Source: Eledone cirrhosa
Taxonomy: Eukaryota
Reading direction: 5' to 3'
DNA: 64,000 nt
Assembly: GCA_964016885.1 (NCBI GenBank)
Contig: OZ024757.1
Coordinates: forward strand, 23,684,001 to 23,748,000
Shown: one piece after another, positions 39,589 to 53,310 of the stretch
How the letters are laid out: each line of letters starts with the position of its first letter
Position numbering within the stretch: position 1 is the first letter of the stretch
Position numbers and translations under genes: made by a program
Notes under the pieces: generated by a model
Seen by the model: the letters and a program-made list of their open reading frames with translations, nothing else
Told to the model about the DNA's origin: nothing
Database searches by the model: none

Positions 39589-41199
39589 ATTATTAGTGAT
39601 AGTAGTAGTAGTAGTAGTAGTATATTAGCAGCAGTAGTAGTAGTAGTATATTAGTAGTAGTAGTAGTAGGAGGAGGACCAGCAGTAAAAGTTGTAGTGAT
39701 AGTAGCATCTGTAGTATTAATAGTAGCCTCAGTAGTATTATCAGTATAGTAGTTATACTAGAGGTCAACTTTGCTTTCCGTCCTTCCCAGTAAAATAAAA
39801 TACTAGGAAACTACTGAGGTCTGTATAATCAACTTCCACCCATCTCTCGAACTCAAAATTGTTGGCTTTGAGTCAGGGTTAAGAAAGAATTCAGACATCA
39901 ATTTGTGGAGGGAGTGGGTGAAAGGTCGATTAATAACAATAGTTTTTTGATTTAAACACAAGGCCAGCAATTTGGGTGAACAGGAAAGTCGATTAAATCG
40001 ACTCCACTCTGTTAGTGTTGCTTTATTTTATCGACCATGTAAGGAGAAAAGGCAAAGCAAACCTCGGCGCTATTTGAACTCAGAACGTAAAGGGTCGTAA
40101 CTAGATGCATCGAAGCACCTAGTCAGACACTGTAATGATTCTGTCCTTCCACTTAATAATAATTGTTTTGTGTCTACTTTTGGCACAGGCCAGCAATTAC
40201 CCAGTGCATTACTGGTACTTTATTTTATCGACACCATAAGGATGAAAGGCAAAGTTAACCTCAGCTGGATTTGAACTCAGAATGGCAAGGTCCGTAACTC
40301 TGTGCGTCAAAGCATGATGTCCGACCCTCTACCGATACTGCCAAAATATTACAGTAATAATTGTTTCTTATATAGGCACAAGACCAGCAATTTTGGGGGA
40401 AAGTCGATTAAATCGATCCCAGTACGTTACTGGTGCTTTATTTTATCGACCCCTGTAAGGATGAAAGGCTAAGTTCACCTTGGCGGGATTTGAACTCTGA
40501 CCGTAAAAGACTGAGTTCAAATCGCGCCAAGGTTAACTTTGCCTTTCATCATAAAATAATAATAATTGTTTCTACTTTAGGCACAAGGCCAGCAATTACA
40601 AGGATAAAATAATAATAATAACAGTAATAATGATGATTGTTTCTGATTTTGCACAAGGCCAACAATTTTAGGGAGGGGGGTAAAGTCAATTAAATCCACC
40701 TCAGTGGTTTACTGGTACCATATTTTATCGACTCCGTAAGGATGAAAGAAATAATAATTATAATAATGATGATGATAATAATCCAACTTAAATACGAACT
40801 TATTTTAATTTTAAATACCCGCTGAAAATAAGATGTTAATTAGTTCTACAGAAAAAAAAACATAGAACAAACTTCTGTAAAGTACAGACAATAGCTAGGA
40901 AAGATTTTTTTTTAATTAAAAAGATTTTTTTATAAAGAAATCTAAAAGTAATTTGTGTTAGATGTATTTCGTCGTTGTTAAAATTAGTGAAAAGTTGTAG
41001 ATGTTTAAACAAAATAAAATGATTTAATAATAATTCATACGTCTTATAAATACATATATCACACGTATTCATCTTCCAGTAGTTATTAATGGCATTTAAA
41101 GGCTGCGATCTGTTGAAGCAATTGCGAAAACGCCTTGTAAAATATAATTGATAACATATGAAGTTCCAAAGTCATGGTGATATATGATGGATTTAAAAT

Positions 41200-41680
41200 T
41201 GGTAAAATTTGGCGGGGAATTAAGGTGGTAGCCGTCGAATTACCGCGGGAAATACGGGTTAAGAGATACCCACAAACAGGACCGGACACGTGATCAAATT
41301 TTGAAACAGACAGACTTGTGTAGTATTTCCCTTCCCTCTCTTTAGAAAACGTGGAAGCAACAATAAAGAAATGTATGTATATATTTATATGTATGTGTGT
41401 ATATATATAGAGAGAGAGAGATGTGTGTGTATGTTTATACATGCAAAGAAATCTATACACTATGCGAGTGACATGCTAGGCTGGGAAGATGACAGAACTA
41501 CTTAGTAAAATCTATGTAAAGGTATGCAGCAATAACGACACGTGATTACAGCGTGATTGTGATTGGTTGAAGCAGTGTCAATCAAACTCGGCGCCGAGCT
41601 CGCTGATTGGTCAATTGTTTGAGTTACTGGAAAGTGGAGGCCGACCCGGCCTCGTACAAACGCTGCGCGCCAATTTTAAT
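41200..41680 (+). promoter_or_regulatory. Probable E2F7/8 promoter with E2F sites, CCAAT boxes, E-boxes and a CHR-like element
   Basis: CpG-enriched patch in AT-rich DNA. TTTGGCGG 41208; GCGGGAAA (TTTCCCGC on minus) ~41245-52; GCGCGCCAA 41665; ATTGG 41562 and 41606; CACGTG 41287 and 41539; TTTGAA ~41300. Confidence 0.7.
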
Positions 41681-41981
41681 TAGAGTTTTATTTCTTGTTC
41701 TAGCAAGTCTGGCTTTGCCACACATTTTTTAGAAATCCCCGTCAAACTTTTTTTCAAATATTTGTGATTAATTTTTTTTAAACGTTTCTTTTATCCATCT
41801 ATCTATCTCTCTCTCACTCTACTTTCCCCTGATCTGGACTGGATCTATACTTTTTTCCTATCTACTATTCATTAAATCGATGTCACTTCGATCCCTCATA
41901 CCGTGTGGAAGCTGCCGTGTTGGTATTTGGTAAATCGTAGATGTAAATTTTGTGAGCAGGGTTTCGATTCTAACCGAGACG
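41680..41981 (+). other. E2F7/8: Putative non-coding first exon (5' UTR) of E2F7/8; start approximate
   Basis: Lies downstream of the promoter motifs and ends at strong donor CG|GTAAGA (41982). The ATG exon has its own acceptor at 47497-98, so an upstream exon is expected. Confidence 0.55.
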
Positions 41982-42176
41982 GTAAGATATATATTTATAT
42001 ACTTTTTCTATTGATAACAATTTGTATAATAAGTTGTTCTTATATAATTATAAAGATTTCAGGGTGTTTTATATATATATATATAACCAAAGGTTAAACA
42101 AGGTTCATATATATATATATATATATATATAAAAACACCCTGAAATCTCTCTCTATATATAAAAACAACCCTGAAA

Positions 42177-42212
<36 letters not shown>

Positions 42213-43945
42213 CACCCTGAAATCTGTATATATATAACGACCGATAAAAGAAATAATTGTTTCTACTTTTGGCCCAAGGCCAGCTAATACCTCAGTATAT
42301 TACTGGTACTTTATTTTATCGACCGTTGTAATGATTTCAGTTGCATTTCTGTCAAATTCCTTGTATATATATTTCAAGGTTTGGTCGATACGATCAACAT
42401 GTATAACTATTTCAGATGTGTTGTGTGTGTGTTTATTGAAATGTATTAAATATCCACTCTTATCTTGTCAGCTCTTGTCTACATATAACTTTCGGCATTC
42501 ACCTAAATTCAACGAGGAGTTAAAACTCCTAATTAATTAACATCTTGGCAGAAATAAACTCAACAAACTTTATAAACGAGAAATTAACGGCTGACAAAAT
42601 ACAGCAGTTATCTGAATGTGGACTTTAAATTATAACTGATAAACGGTGTAACTTTGACTACAAATGTAATACATGTACTATATATATATATATATGTATG
42701 TATGTATGTGATCAAGTATATATATATATACACACTAGATCACACATATATATATGACGATCGGTTCAAAAGTTCATAAGCTGGCCAAGATACTCATGGA
42801 ATGACCAATTGAAGTTTTTCAACATAGCCCCCCCAGAAAGAAACAATGCAGATATTAAGAAGAGTTGAAATTAATGCATGCAAGATTTCACAGCTCTAGC
42901 ATCACTCCTTCATAATCAGCCTAAAGAGTATATATATATATATTTATATATGTAATTGTTTTACAATTCTTAATTTGAAGATACAGTTTTTTTTAAATAG
43001 CAATACACAGATGTGTGTGTATATATATATATAAATATATATATATACATACATCTCTGTCGATTTGCTGGTTGTGTATAACTTGGTATTTTGACGTTCG
43101 AATATAATTTGTGTGTGTATATATATATATATATATAATCGACAGTTCCAGCTTACTACTAACATACATTTGCATTGTATATTGTATTATTTGGGAGTTG
43201 TCAGTCGTTTTTCTCTACTATATGTGTGTCTCTATATGTCTGTGTGTCTGTTTCTTATTTTTCTGACATCAAGTTATTCAATGTCGTCGTCAAACAAACT
43301 AACACAATTATCTAACTGGTATATAGCAGTCAGTTATTATATTTGTAAATATCCCTAATGGTTGATATAACCTGATAAGGTGATGTCTGGGTAGTTACGG
43401 GCTGAGCGCGCTTGTCGCCCACTTTGGCGCTTTCAAACTTGTTGATCATACCTGACGACAGGGACTGACATAGAAACTCGGCCGACCAACGTTCTCGCCC
43501 GGTTTACAACTGTTACTTCAATTTTTATATATATATGTATATATATGTGTATATATGTATGTATATATGTATATATATATGTATATATGTATGTATATAT
43601 ATATGTATATATATATGTATGTATATATGTATATATATATGTATATATATATGTATATATATATGTATATATATATGTATATATATATGTATATATATAT
43701 GTATATATATATGTATATGTATATGTATATGTGTATATATATGTGTATATATATGTGTATATATATATATGTATATATATATGTATATATATATGTATAT
43801 GTATATGTGTATATATATATGTATATATATGTATATATATATATATATAATGTAGTAGGGAGTCTATATTTACACTCTACTATCCCAAGGACCGAGTATT
43901 CTTCTAAATAATGGTTTGACTAGTTTAAAACTGGTATAATCCCAA

Positions 43946-44030
<85 letters not shown>

Positions 44031-44732
44031 TGATGATGATATATATAATTGTTTCAACTTTTGGCACAAGGCCAGCAATTACTCATTGCATTACTGGTAC
44101 TTTATTTTATCGTCCCCGAAAGGACGAAAGGCAAAGTTAGCCTGGGCGGGATTTGAACTCAGAATGGCAAGGGCCGTATGATATATATAATTGTTTCTAC
44201 TTTTGTCACAAGGCCAGCAATTACCCCAGTGCATTACTGGTACTTTATTTTATCGACCCCGTAAGGATGAAAGGCAAAGTTAACCTCGACGGGATTATAT
44301 ATATAATGATGATTATATGTATATATATATATATAATTATATATAGGTATATACATTTAATGTTTATGCTTGTGGTTTTGCTCCCCCACCCTGGGGCAAT
44401 ATTATGTCCTACTCCCGCGGTCCATCTATTTCATTTCGCATTTCTTTTTTTTCCCTCCACATTTCCTAATTAACTTTCTCTTACCTACTGATATATTTAT
44501 TAATTTATTTAACTCTGATGTTTATAATTTTTTCACCCCCCCGGGGAAGAAAAATATTTCGTTTAATCTTTCAAACGTTTTATGGTTATTGTTGGCTGGT
44601 CTAATTAGAAAAGGTGTCGGTTTTAAGTTGCCAGTTTTTAAAAAGTTAGAATAGTTGAAATATTATATAATTATTTGTGTTTTCCTTTGCAGAAATATTT
44701 TCTTGTTATTGCATTATATATTGTATATATTG

Positions 44733-44763
<31 letters not shown>

Positions 44764-47514
44764 TCAAAAGACTTTTTCCAACAACATTTTTAATTTGGTT
44801 GTTTAAAATGTGTCCGTCCCCCGCTCTCCCACATAGCGATGACTTCTTCTGTGGACATTTTCGAAACTTTAACCAAAATTATTATTCCATCCATCTATCC
44901 TAGTTCTTTCTCTACTTCCCGAAATGTTTGCATACATTCGAAAATGTTTTCCATCCTTATTGTTTTATCGCTTTAAAATAATTACTAGAGCTATCCTGAG
45001 TTATGTCACTCGACCCAGTGGGGTGGGGATCTCTCTGGCCCACAGCTGACTTCACAGCCTTGAACTTGTTCCTTAATTCGCCCCGCCAAATTTTTTCAGA
45101 TCATCGGCAAGCGTAATTAATTATATATATATAGGTTCCCGAGTCGAGGGGTAACCAAAGTTTAAAAGGGTATTCAATACTGTGGTGGAGTATAGGCATC
45201 TTTATTATAGAGAGAAATTACTCCCACAGGACTAGAATTGTTTCAATCGTATGAAATCATCAGGAATGTCCTTTATATATATTGGGTGGGGTAAGGAGGT
45301 CTTTCTAGGCCCACAGCTGACCTCACAGCCCTGAACTTGCTCCTTAATTCGCCCCGCCAATTTTTTTTTCTTTTCAGATCGTCAGCCAAGCGGCGTAGTT
45401 AATTATAAATATATACATTTATATAAATATATATCTTAAGTCCTTTTTTAGATTTATCTTCTATTAAATGTTAACTTTTCCCCCATCTATATGTGGATCA
45501 TTTTCCGCCAAATCCACCATTCCTCGTAGTTGTTGGCGCCCATTCGAAAGGTGGAGGGAAGGTCAGTTCAGTCAGTCACAGTGAATGCTTTATTATTGTG
45601 ATGTGGGATCCCGCCAAGGTTAACTTTGCCTTTCATCCTTACGGGGTCGATAAAAATGAAGTACCAGTAATACACTGAGATAATTGGTGGTCTTGTGCCA
45701 AAAGTAGAAACAATTATTGTAATGTGGGATCTATCTCAATCCGTTCCATTCTTTATATATTTATATACATGTTTCCACATATATAGTACATATTTCAAAG
45801 GAAATCGGCAACATAATTATTTTGGATAATATTACTCAACGATTTTTTTTTTTATTAATAATAAAAAAAAATAACTTCAAAAATATATTTTTAAACTTTT
45901 CATTTTCCTTGAAAATTTACAAATTCTTGCAATTTGGATATTATATTACTGAACGATTTTTTTTTATTTTTATTAATAAAAAAATTTTTTTTTTTGTTTT
46001 GAAACATTTTCCTTTTATTTTATTTATTTCTTATTAATAAAAAAAAAAAATAATTTTAAAATTATATTTTAAAACATTTAATTTTCCATTGGAAATCTTG
46101 TAATTCTTGCAATTGGTGTCCAGCGTCTTCTCTCAAACCGATCAGATCAACGAATATTTTTTCAATTCATTCATATATCAATATATATATATATATTTCT
46201 GGTGGGGCAAACATTAATTATTTTATTACTGTACTTTTAATTAATTTAATCATTTAAAATTATTAATGCAATTTTTCTTATGAATATGTGTGTGTGGTAG
46301 GGCTTGATGTGGGAGGAGGTGGGGTGTGAAACCATTTCTGTAGACTTGGCGGTTATTTCTTTACTAATTTCAAACTAGCGTCTATATAATGTTCCTAAAT
46401 ATGTATATATTTTTTAAATTAAAGATCTGTTTGTTATGCTGTGATATTTGTGGGTGTTTTGACCGTTTAAGTATATATAGATATATATGTGTGTGTGTGT
46501 GTGTGTATATATATATGGGTGTGTGTTATATATATATATGTATATATATATACACACACAAGAGATTGTTAACGAAATACTGTGATCCAGTAGTCGGTGA
46601 AATGCATGACTTGTTGCGCTCTTTCTCTCTTTAACGCCAATTTCTTGCTAACGGTATTCTTGCTTCAATAATAAATATTTCATTTTATCAACCAACAAGC
46701 GCCTTTTAGACTAAGCGAAGGCTGCTGCTTTTTTCTTTACTTCTAATCGAATTAATTATGGAAATCTACCTCTATCTTTATAACTCCCGCCATCACCTGT
46801 AGTTCAGCAAAATATTTGAGTAGATAAAGAGATCGTTTCTTCACCTTATCCATTTATCATCACTGGAATTCTTAAAATTGTTGATTAAAATAATTATTTA
46901 ACGTTCAAATATCAAATATATAATACCCGGATAATGGTAAAGGTTTGAATTAGATTTATTCTTGTACTTTTTTTTAATATTTTGAAAAGTAATGTATGCA
47001 TTATAGCAATATATATATATAGTAATAATAATAAATTTGAAGACTAAAATCCAAAGAGGGCTCGAAAAGGATAAATATATATCAGATATATAAGAACCGT
47101 AGAGCAAATATTTATTAAAATAACAGATTAAAGTTTAAGCAAAGAATCACTGCTTTCACCCTTAACGGGATCTTCAGAAGATCCCGTTAAGGGTGAAAGC
47201 AGTGATTTTAATATATATATATCCGTATGTGGTTGACGGCTGAGAGAAAAGAATACTCAATACCGAAGTAAAGTTTAAATATTCATTTTATTAAGGCTAA
47301 ATAGTGAATCTTGTTACTCTTGAGTTTCGTCTGTTTATCACGGGGTTATCAGACAAGAACAAAACCACCCATTTTAAAGGATTTACTATTGTCTAATGAC
47401 TCGAGATAAACAGGCGAAACTTCAGAGTAGCCATAATAATATATATATATATATAGAGAGAGAGATAGTTTTTATTTCATTGAATGTTGTTTTAACAGAT
47501 TATATATAATTTCA

Positions 47515-48143
47515 ATGTCTCAATCATCCTTTCTTGCAGAGATGGCGCCAGTTAATGAAACGTGTGCAACTTCAGCTCATCAAGTCAATAAATTTGGCGT
47601 TGAATCTGAAGAGCAGGACAAGGCTACCAGGCGAACACCACTGTGTGAAAATGTGACCAGCAATGGCCTGTCGAAATTTAAACAGAATGCTGACTCAGAG
47701 GAAGCAGAAACAGTATTCTGTAGTCCAGGCTGTAATAAAGAGAACTGTTTTAGTTCTGCCAAATTTCCTCATCCAAGACACTCTGTCAGTATTAATGATT
47801 CCAAAGCAACTTCTAGCCTTTCCTACTTGACAGCTAACGCAGGTCCATCTCAACCAGTCACTCCAGAAAAGAAGTGGGATTCAACGGACAGTCACGAGGC
47901 ACCACTCACTCCCACAGCCAATCTGAAAATGCTATCCAGTGCTGTTAGTCCTGAGCTAAGGCGCCGGGATTTACTGCAAGAGGAAAACAGTGATAGGCAT
48001 TTATTATCTCAGTGTGATTATAACGCCCCAGAGTCTCCCCATGGGCTCCTCAAAGAGAGTACTTTCATCCAAGATGCTGATTCGGGGAAGATGTTCACCA
48101 CTGGATCTCGAAAAGAGAAATCACTTGGACTCTTATGCCAAAA
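47515..48143 (+). CDS. E2F7/8: Atypical E2F (E2F7/8 family) coding exon 1
   Basis: ATG at 47515 follows acceptor TTTAACAG (exon starts 47499). Encodes PLTPTANLKMLSSAVSPELR, the conserved E2F7/8 N-terminal motif, and SRKEKSLGLLCQK (start of DBD1). Donor GTAAGA at 48144, phase 2. Confidence 0.95.
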
Positions 48144-49361
48144 GTAAGAAAATCTTTTCTTTTCTTATTCATATACAGTTTACATTTCTTGGCAGTCTTT
48201 TTATAACAATTCCCTACTTAGCTTAGCCCTTTTAGTACCAACCTGCCCAAAGCCACATTTGTTTCTATGGGGACAAAACCACCCATTTTAAAGGGTTCCA
48301 TCTTAAATTAACACTTTCCAACATAGTTTTACATAAGAACATTTTGCCGTAGTAACATACGGCTTTTCTTGGACATTTTTTTAACCTGGCTGAGCACAGC
48401 CTATTTCTTCCAGAGAATGAGAAAGAAACGACCCCAGTACTTGGCTGGTATTTTTCTTTTTATCAACTTCGAAAGGATGAAAGGCAAAGTTGAACTCGGA
48501 GTGCTGAGTTAGAACAAATAGTGCAAAGCTTTCTGTGTGACATTCTAACAACTCTGCCAATTTGCTGTCCTAAATGAAATGTAAAGTAATTCAATAGAAA
48601 TATAGTGATGAAAGGGTAAACAGTTAATGTTTTCTGTATAGAATTTTATCCAACGTTACTCTAGATCTCATTGATGATTTATAGGGACTGTTGTACAGCC
48701 ACAAATTTAAAATCATATTTTCCATTATCAGTGAATAACTAAAAATACTAAGTATATTGATATTCAATGGTATTTGGGCAGTTATCATTATTTTGCATCT
48801 TCTTTTTGTTGTTATTTCTATAAAAGATTGCCTGAGAAAATTCCACATTAATGGATTTTCATCTGTAGATCAAAATCTACACGGAGCTAAATTTAACTTA
48901 ACATTGATCGATAAATTTCTATATTTGGTGTAAATCACAAAAGACTCTTTGAATACTAAAAACAAAATAGGTACCAATAATTTATAACTTCATAATCAAA
49001 TAGTAACTCACTGCAAACCGGATCTGGTTCCTTTTAAAATTAAGATCTTCAGACATGATTTTATATAAGAACCATGTAATGAAATAATTAATAATTTTTG
49101 TAAATCCCTCAAAATTCTTCATTAACCCATGCCAATTGTAAAGTGTTCCTATTTAAATTAAAATCTTCCAACGTAGTTTGATATAAAAACTCTTTAAGTT
49201 ATGCTACAAATAATGATGAAATAGTTAATAATTTTAACAAACTTCCAAATTCTTCATTAATTCAAATACAGTGTATTCCATTAGAAATACGTTAACAGAA
49301 GTGTTTATTATTGCATAACTAACTAAACTTTTTTTGTTTTTTTTTTTCATTTTATCTTTAG

Positions 49362-49441
49362 ATTTTTAGCGAAATATCCCAAATATCCAGATCAAAATGC
49401 TGGTATTGATATATCGTTGGATGAGGTTGCACGAGATCTAT
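49362..49441 (+). CDS. E2F7/8: E2F7/8 coding exon 2 (DBD1)
   Basis: Polypyrimidine tract plus AG at 49360-61; (K)FLAKYPKYPDQNAGIDISLDEVARDL; donor GTAAGT at 49442, phase 1. Confidence 0.95.
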
Positions 49442-50513
49442 GTAAGTAGTCTTCTTGTTTAATTTCCTCTGTTGATTGTGTCTATTTTTGTAAATGTCGT
49501 CTGACCTTATTCACACAAAAAAAAAAACAATTTGTAAAAAAAAAAAAAAAAATTTTCTTTGCTGTTTAAAGATTCAGTTTTGACAATGCCAAACATCAAA
49601 CATCATTTCACAGTTAATTTGACACTTCCTTGCTTCTAGAACCTACTTTGCTGTCAGTTAAATTGGGAGAGATTCAACGCCACGATTGAAGTGTAGCTTC
49701 AGTTAGTTTGGCACAAATTCTTATCTTTTAAACCTCATAGATTTATCCACTCAACTATCATTAGTTCTATCTTTACTAAATAAGGTTTTAATTCAGAACT
49801 CTTCAGATGTATCTCATTTGTTAATTTAATTGTTTATAGTATCTTTAATCAGCTTGTCCAGAAATGTAGACATGGTACCGGTAGAGTACTGCATCTTGAA
49901 GGGGAGGGGGGGTCAAGAGTATTCTGAGTGGCCCTGGAAAATCTGGGCCTTTAACGATTCAGTTTTTGTGCCCTATTCGTAAAAACCATCTGCCGCAGGT
50001 GTGCAGTTTCTCATCAATAACACCAAATGTAGGGAGGTCAGCAAAATGGATCTGTGCCTTTGGAAAAAGGAGGACAGGGTCAGTCAGGCTGTGTATGTGT
50101 CAGTGTCATCTCCCCTCCAAGGAAGTTCAATGTCAAACTAATGTGCTTTCATGCAGTACAGGTTGCCATTAAAAGTTAGTTGTTCAAACTTGCTCCTATT
50201 AATCCTTTGATGAAGGGATTTTATCCTGAAATATAAAGGACCTACAAAGAACAGTAAGATAACATCCCAACATCATTGTTATATTTAGTATTTACTGTCC
50301 AGTTCACATTGTGGTAGCCTTCAAACAATACACTGTTTTCTATACTTTACACAATACTTCAAGCAAACTACAACACTCTTTGATAATTTATTTTTAAAAC
50401 CAATCCCTGGATATGACCATATATAATTAAATATAACTTTAACAATTTAATTTGATTAGATACAATGTGACTATTAGCTTATTTTATTTTACTTTGTCTT
50501 TTTCTTTCAATAG

Positions 50514-50644
50514 CTGTGGGCCGACGTCGAATATACGACATTGTTAATGTACTGGAAAGTGTTGAGATTGTCAGTAGGGTGGCCAAAAATAAATATGCAT
50601 GGCATGGAAAGACAAATTTGTGTACTACACTTGCCAAACTGAAG
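50514..50644 (+). CDS. E2F7/8: E2F7/8 coding exon 3 (DBD1 recognition helix)
   Basis: (S)[43 protein letters not shown] contains the RRxYD motif; AG/GT boundaries, phase 1 to 0. Confidence 0.97.
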
Positions 50645-52386
50645 GTAACTACATGATTGACAATTTTTTATTCCCTCCTTTTCTTTTGTTTGGGGTATAT
50701 TTGGTAGATTTCAGCAGAATGATCAAGCAAGTCAATATCAATTGCCAGAGCTATTTTACATTGCATTTCTGATATTCCAACAAAAGGCATCAATGTTACA
50801 ATTTCTCGTTTATTTCTATATAAATTAGTTAAAGCTTGCTTGACATTGGAGGCACGTGGCCTAGTGGTCACGGTGTTGAAATTACAAGCTTGATCACTGG
50901 GATGTGTTGTGTTTGTAGTGACCTACATTCTAAGGGCTCTTGAATATATTCTCCGTACGTTGTTTGGCTCAGTTCAGCCAATCGCTATCAGCGTAGGAAA
51001 ATGTATTTCAACTACCGCCGAAAGGGGAAAAATTCTCGCTTCCCTTCGTAAATCTCTCTCTTTGAATCTCGTCACCAGAAGGTAAACCTCTCTTGATTTT
51101 GCTCAACAAACTTTCCAAAATGTAGCATGAACAATTACTGCACCATGGCCCCATATTAGCCACCGGTCTGCGTATTCCTTTTACAGCATCTTAATTTGTT
51201 TTATTTCATTTCTTATGGCATGTCTTCACAGCTAACTCAACTTCTCATCTTTGTAACGGTGACTTCTCTGATACATTACCTCTTCTAAATGTTCTTGAGC
51301 AAAACACTTCATTTCACATTGATCCAATCTGAAAATGAGTGCTAGCAATAGCTGGAAGTTTAACACTGCGGTGGGCTGACGTCATGTCCAGGGGGAGTCT
51401 TGTACTCTCCGTCGCTTAACGCTATGGAAACTGGGATAAGAACCTGCCGAATGAGCCTCCAGGTTCGAGCAGACTTTAGGGGACTTGGACATAAGATACT
51501 AGCAGTAGTACGCAACGTTGCTCAGGAAATAGATGACTCAGTGGACAGGCAATTTCTCAGAAAATAATATTATATATAATATATTATTTGAAACACATAT
51601 TCAGTGTGTTCTTGCTTTTGTCCCGTAACATAGTAGCTTGACAAAAGAGTACTACATTGAAATATGTACTGGCGTCGATATGGCTGCCAAAACATTTTGG
51701 CATTGCTCCTGTATGGCCACAGACCAGTTGAATAACAAACTATTGTTATTCATCTGATGGTTGATAGTATCAGCAATGGAAAGACCAATCAAAACATTTT
51801 CCTTGATCCGATTTGATGACTTCCACCGCGCTCAGTATGCAAATGTGGTCTGGGATCTTGTCGAGAGATCACAGTGCTGATATTACAGGCATGTAGTTAG
51901 AATGTCACTGGAAAGAATCTCTGAACAGATTTTACAGGCAAAACCAACTGGCAAGATATCCAGAGGGGGACTCTGAGCATATGATGGTTGGACATCCATG
52001 AACTCTGTTGATCTCACTTAGGGATCCAACCAGATGAATTGGAGATGATTGCTTCTGGAAGGAGTGTTTGAGGACACTGCCCTGCGTAACCCTCCCAGAA
52101 ATAAATGGGAGAAGCTTCATTACATGTTGTTTTTCATGATAGCACTGGAGCCCCCTAATATTAAAACACCTGTGAAACCTCCACGAAATACAGCCTCATA
52201 TTTATTTTACTAGAATTTTTTTCAACATGTTGATGCGTATAAGTGTGTGTGCATACATATATATGTATGAATATATAAATATCAACACGTAAACACACAT
52301 ACACTCACACACAGCGTAGCAAATGGAACGCCAGCTGCTGTTTTGCTATAGTTTTTTCACCATCCCCTTCTTTCCTTTAACACATA

Positions 52387-52418
<32 letters not shown>

Positions 52419-52478
52419 TTGTGTGATGGAGGGAAGTCACTGAATGTTGTTAATATTTCTATTTCTGCATTTGTTTAG

Positions 52479-52614
52479 GCCTTGGCTGAGCAAGAAGGTT
52501 TTCGGGAACAAATGAATCAATTGAAAGAATATGAACTAAAGAAAGAATTAGTTGACAATTCTCGCTCATTTTCATCGGTGAATGACTTGGATAGTCTATC
52601 TGAATCTGACCAAG
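52479..52614 (+). CDS. E2F7/8: E2F7/8 coding exon 4 (inter-DBD linker)
   Basis: TTGTTTAG acceptor; ALAEQEGFREQMNQLKEYELKKELVDNSRSFSSVNDLDSLSESDQ; donor GTAAGA; phase 0 to 1 fits neighbours. Confidence 0.9.
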
Positions 52615-53310
52615 GTAAGAAGTACATTTGTGAAGGCCTAGTGGTTAGGTGGTTGTAGGATAGACATGGCTCTTTGGAATCAAATTGCCAACCACCTATC
52701 TTGTGTCAATGCCACAAAGATCCACCTGGTATGCTCTGTAATGTTGTTGGGGATAAGAAGGGCAACCTGCTGTAGAAATCTTGCCAGAACAACTGAAAGG
52801 ACTCCTTAGTTTTGTCAGGGACACAACCTTTCTCGTGTTGATCATCTACACAATAAACACACCAAGTACACTCTGTAAAGTGGTTGCTGGTAGAAAGAGC
52901 ATCCTGGGAGGAGTAAGAGGGCACAAAAGCCTTTCTAGTGTTGGTCATCTTACCAGACAAACACACCCAGTACACTCTGTAAAGTGGTTGGTGGTAGGTA
53001 GGACATGGAAAATAGAAGTTAAACAGTGATGGTGATGATAAATAGCTCACCATGGTGCTTTACAGTAACTAATCTAGATATATTCAGCCAACCATTCTCT
53101 CTGTCCTTTGTCCCTTTAGCATTTACATTACTCTATATTTACTATTATATTTTCATGGTAAAGGCTTTACCTCACATAATATCGAATGAGTGGCCGATTA
53201 CGGCCAATTCGAACAAAAAGAGGTGAGAGTAAATGCAAAAGGGTTAAAGAGTTCTTTGTCTAGACAATCATATCAATTTGACTGGAGGAATTTCTTTGCT
53301 TTTTTTTCAG

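Noticed and set aside
43450-43485. CTGACGA...GAAAC hammerhead-like spacing (also CTGATGAGTGGAAAC at ~14224)
   Set aside because: No convincing stems I-III or UH site.
53190-53230. Extra E2F exon suggested by the ORF start and a GTGAGA donor
   Set aside because: Sequence belongs to the TTAA-MITE family (cf. 13786 and 63001); no good acceptor.
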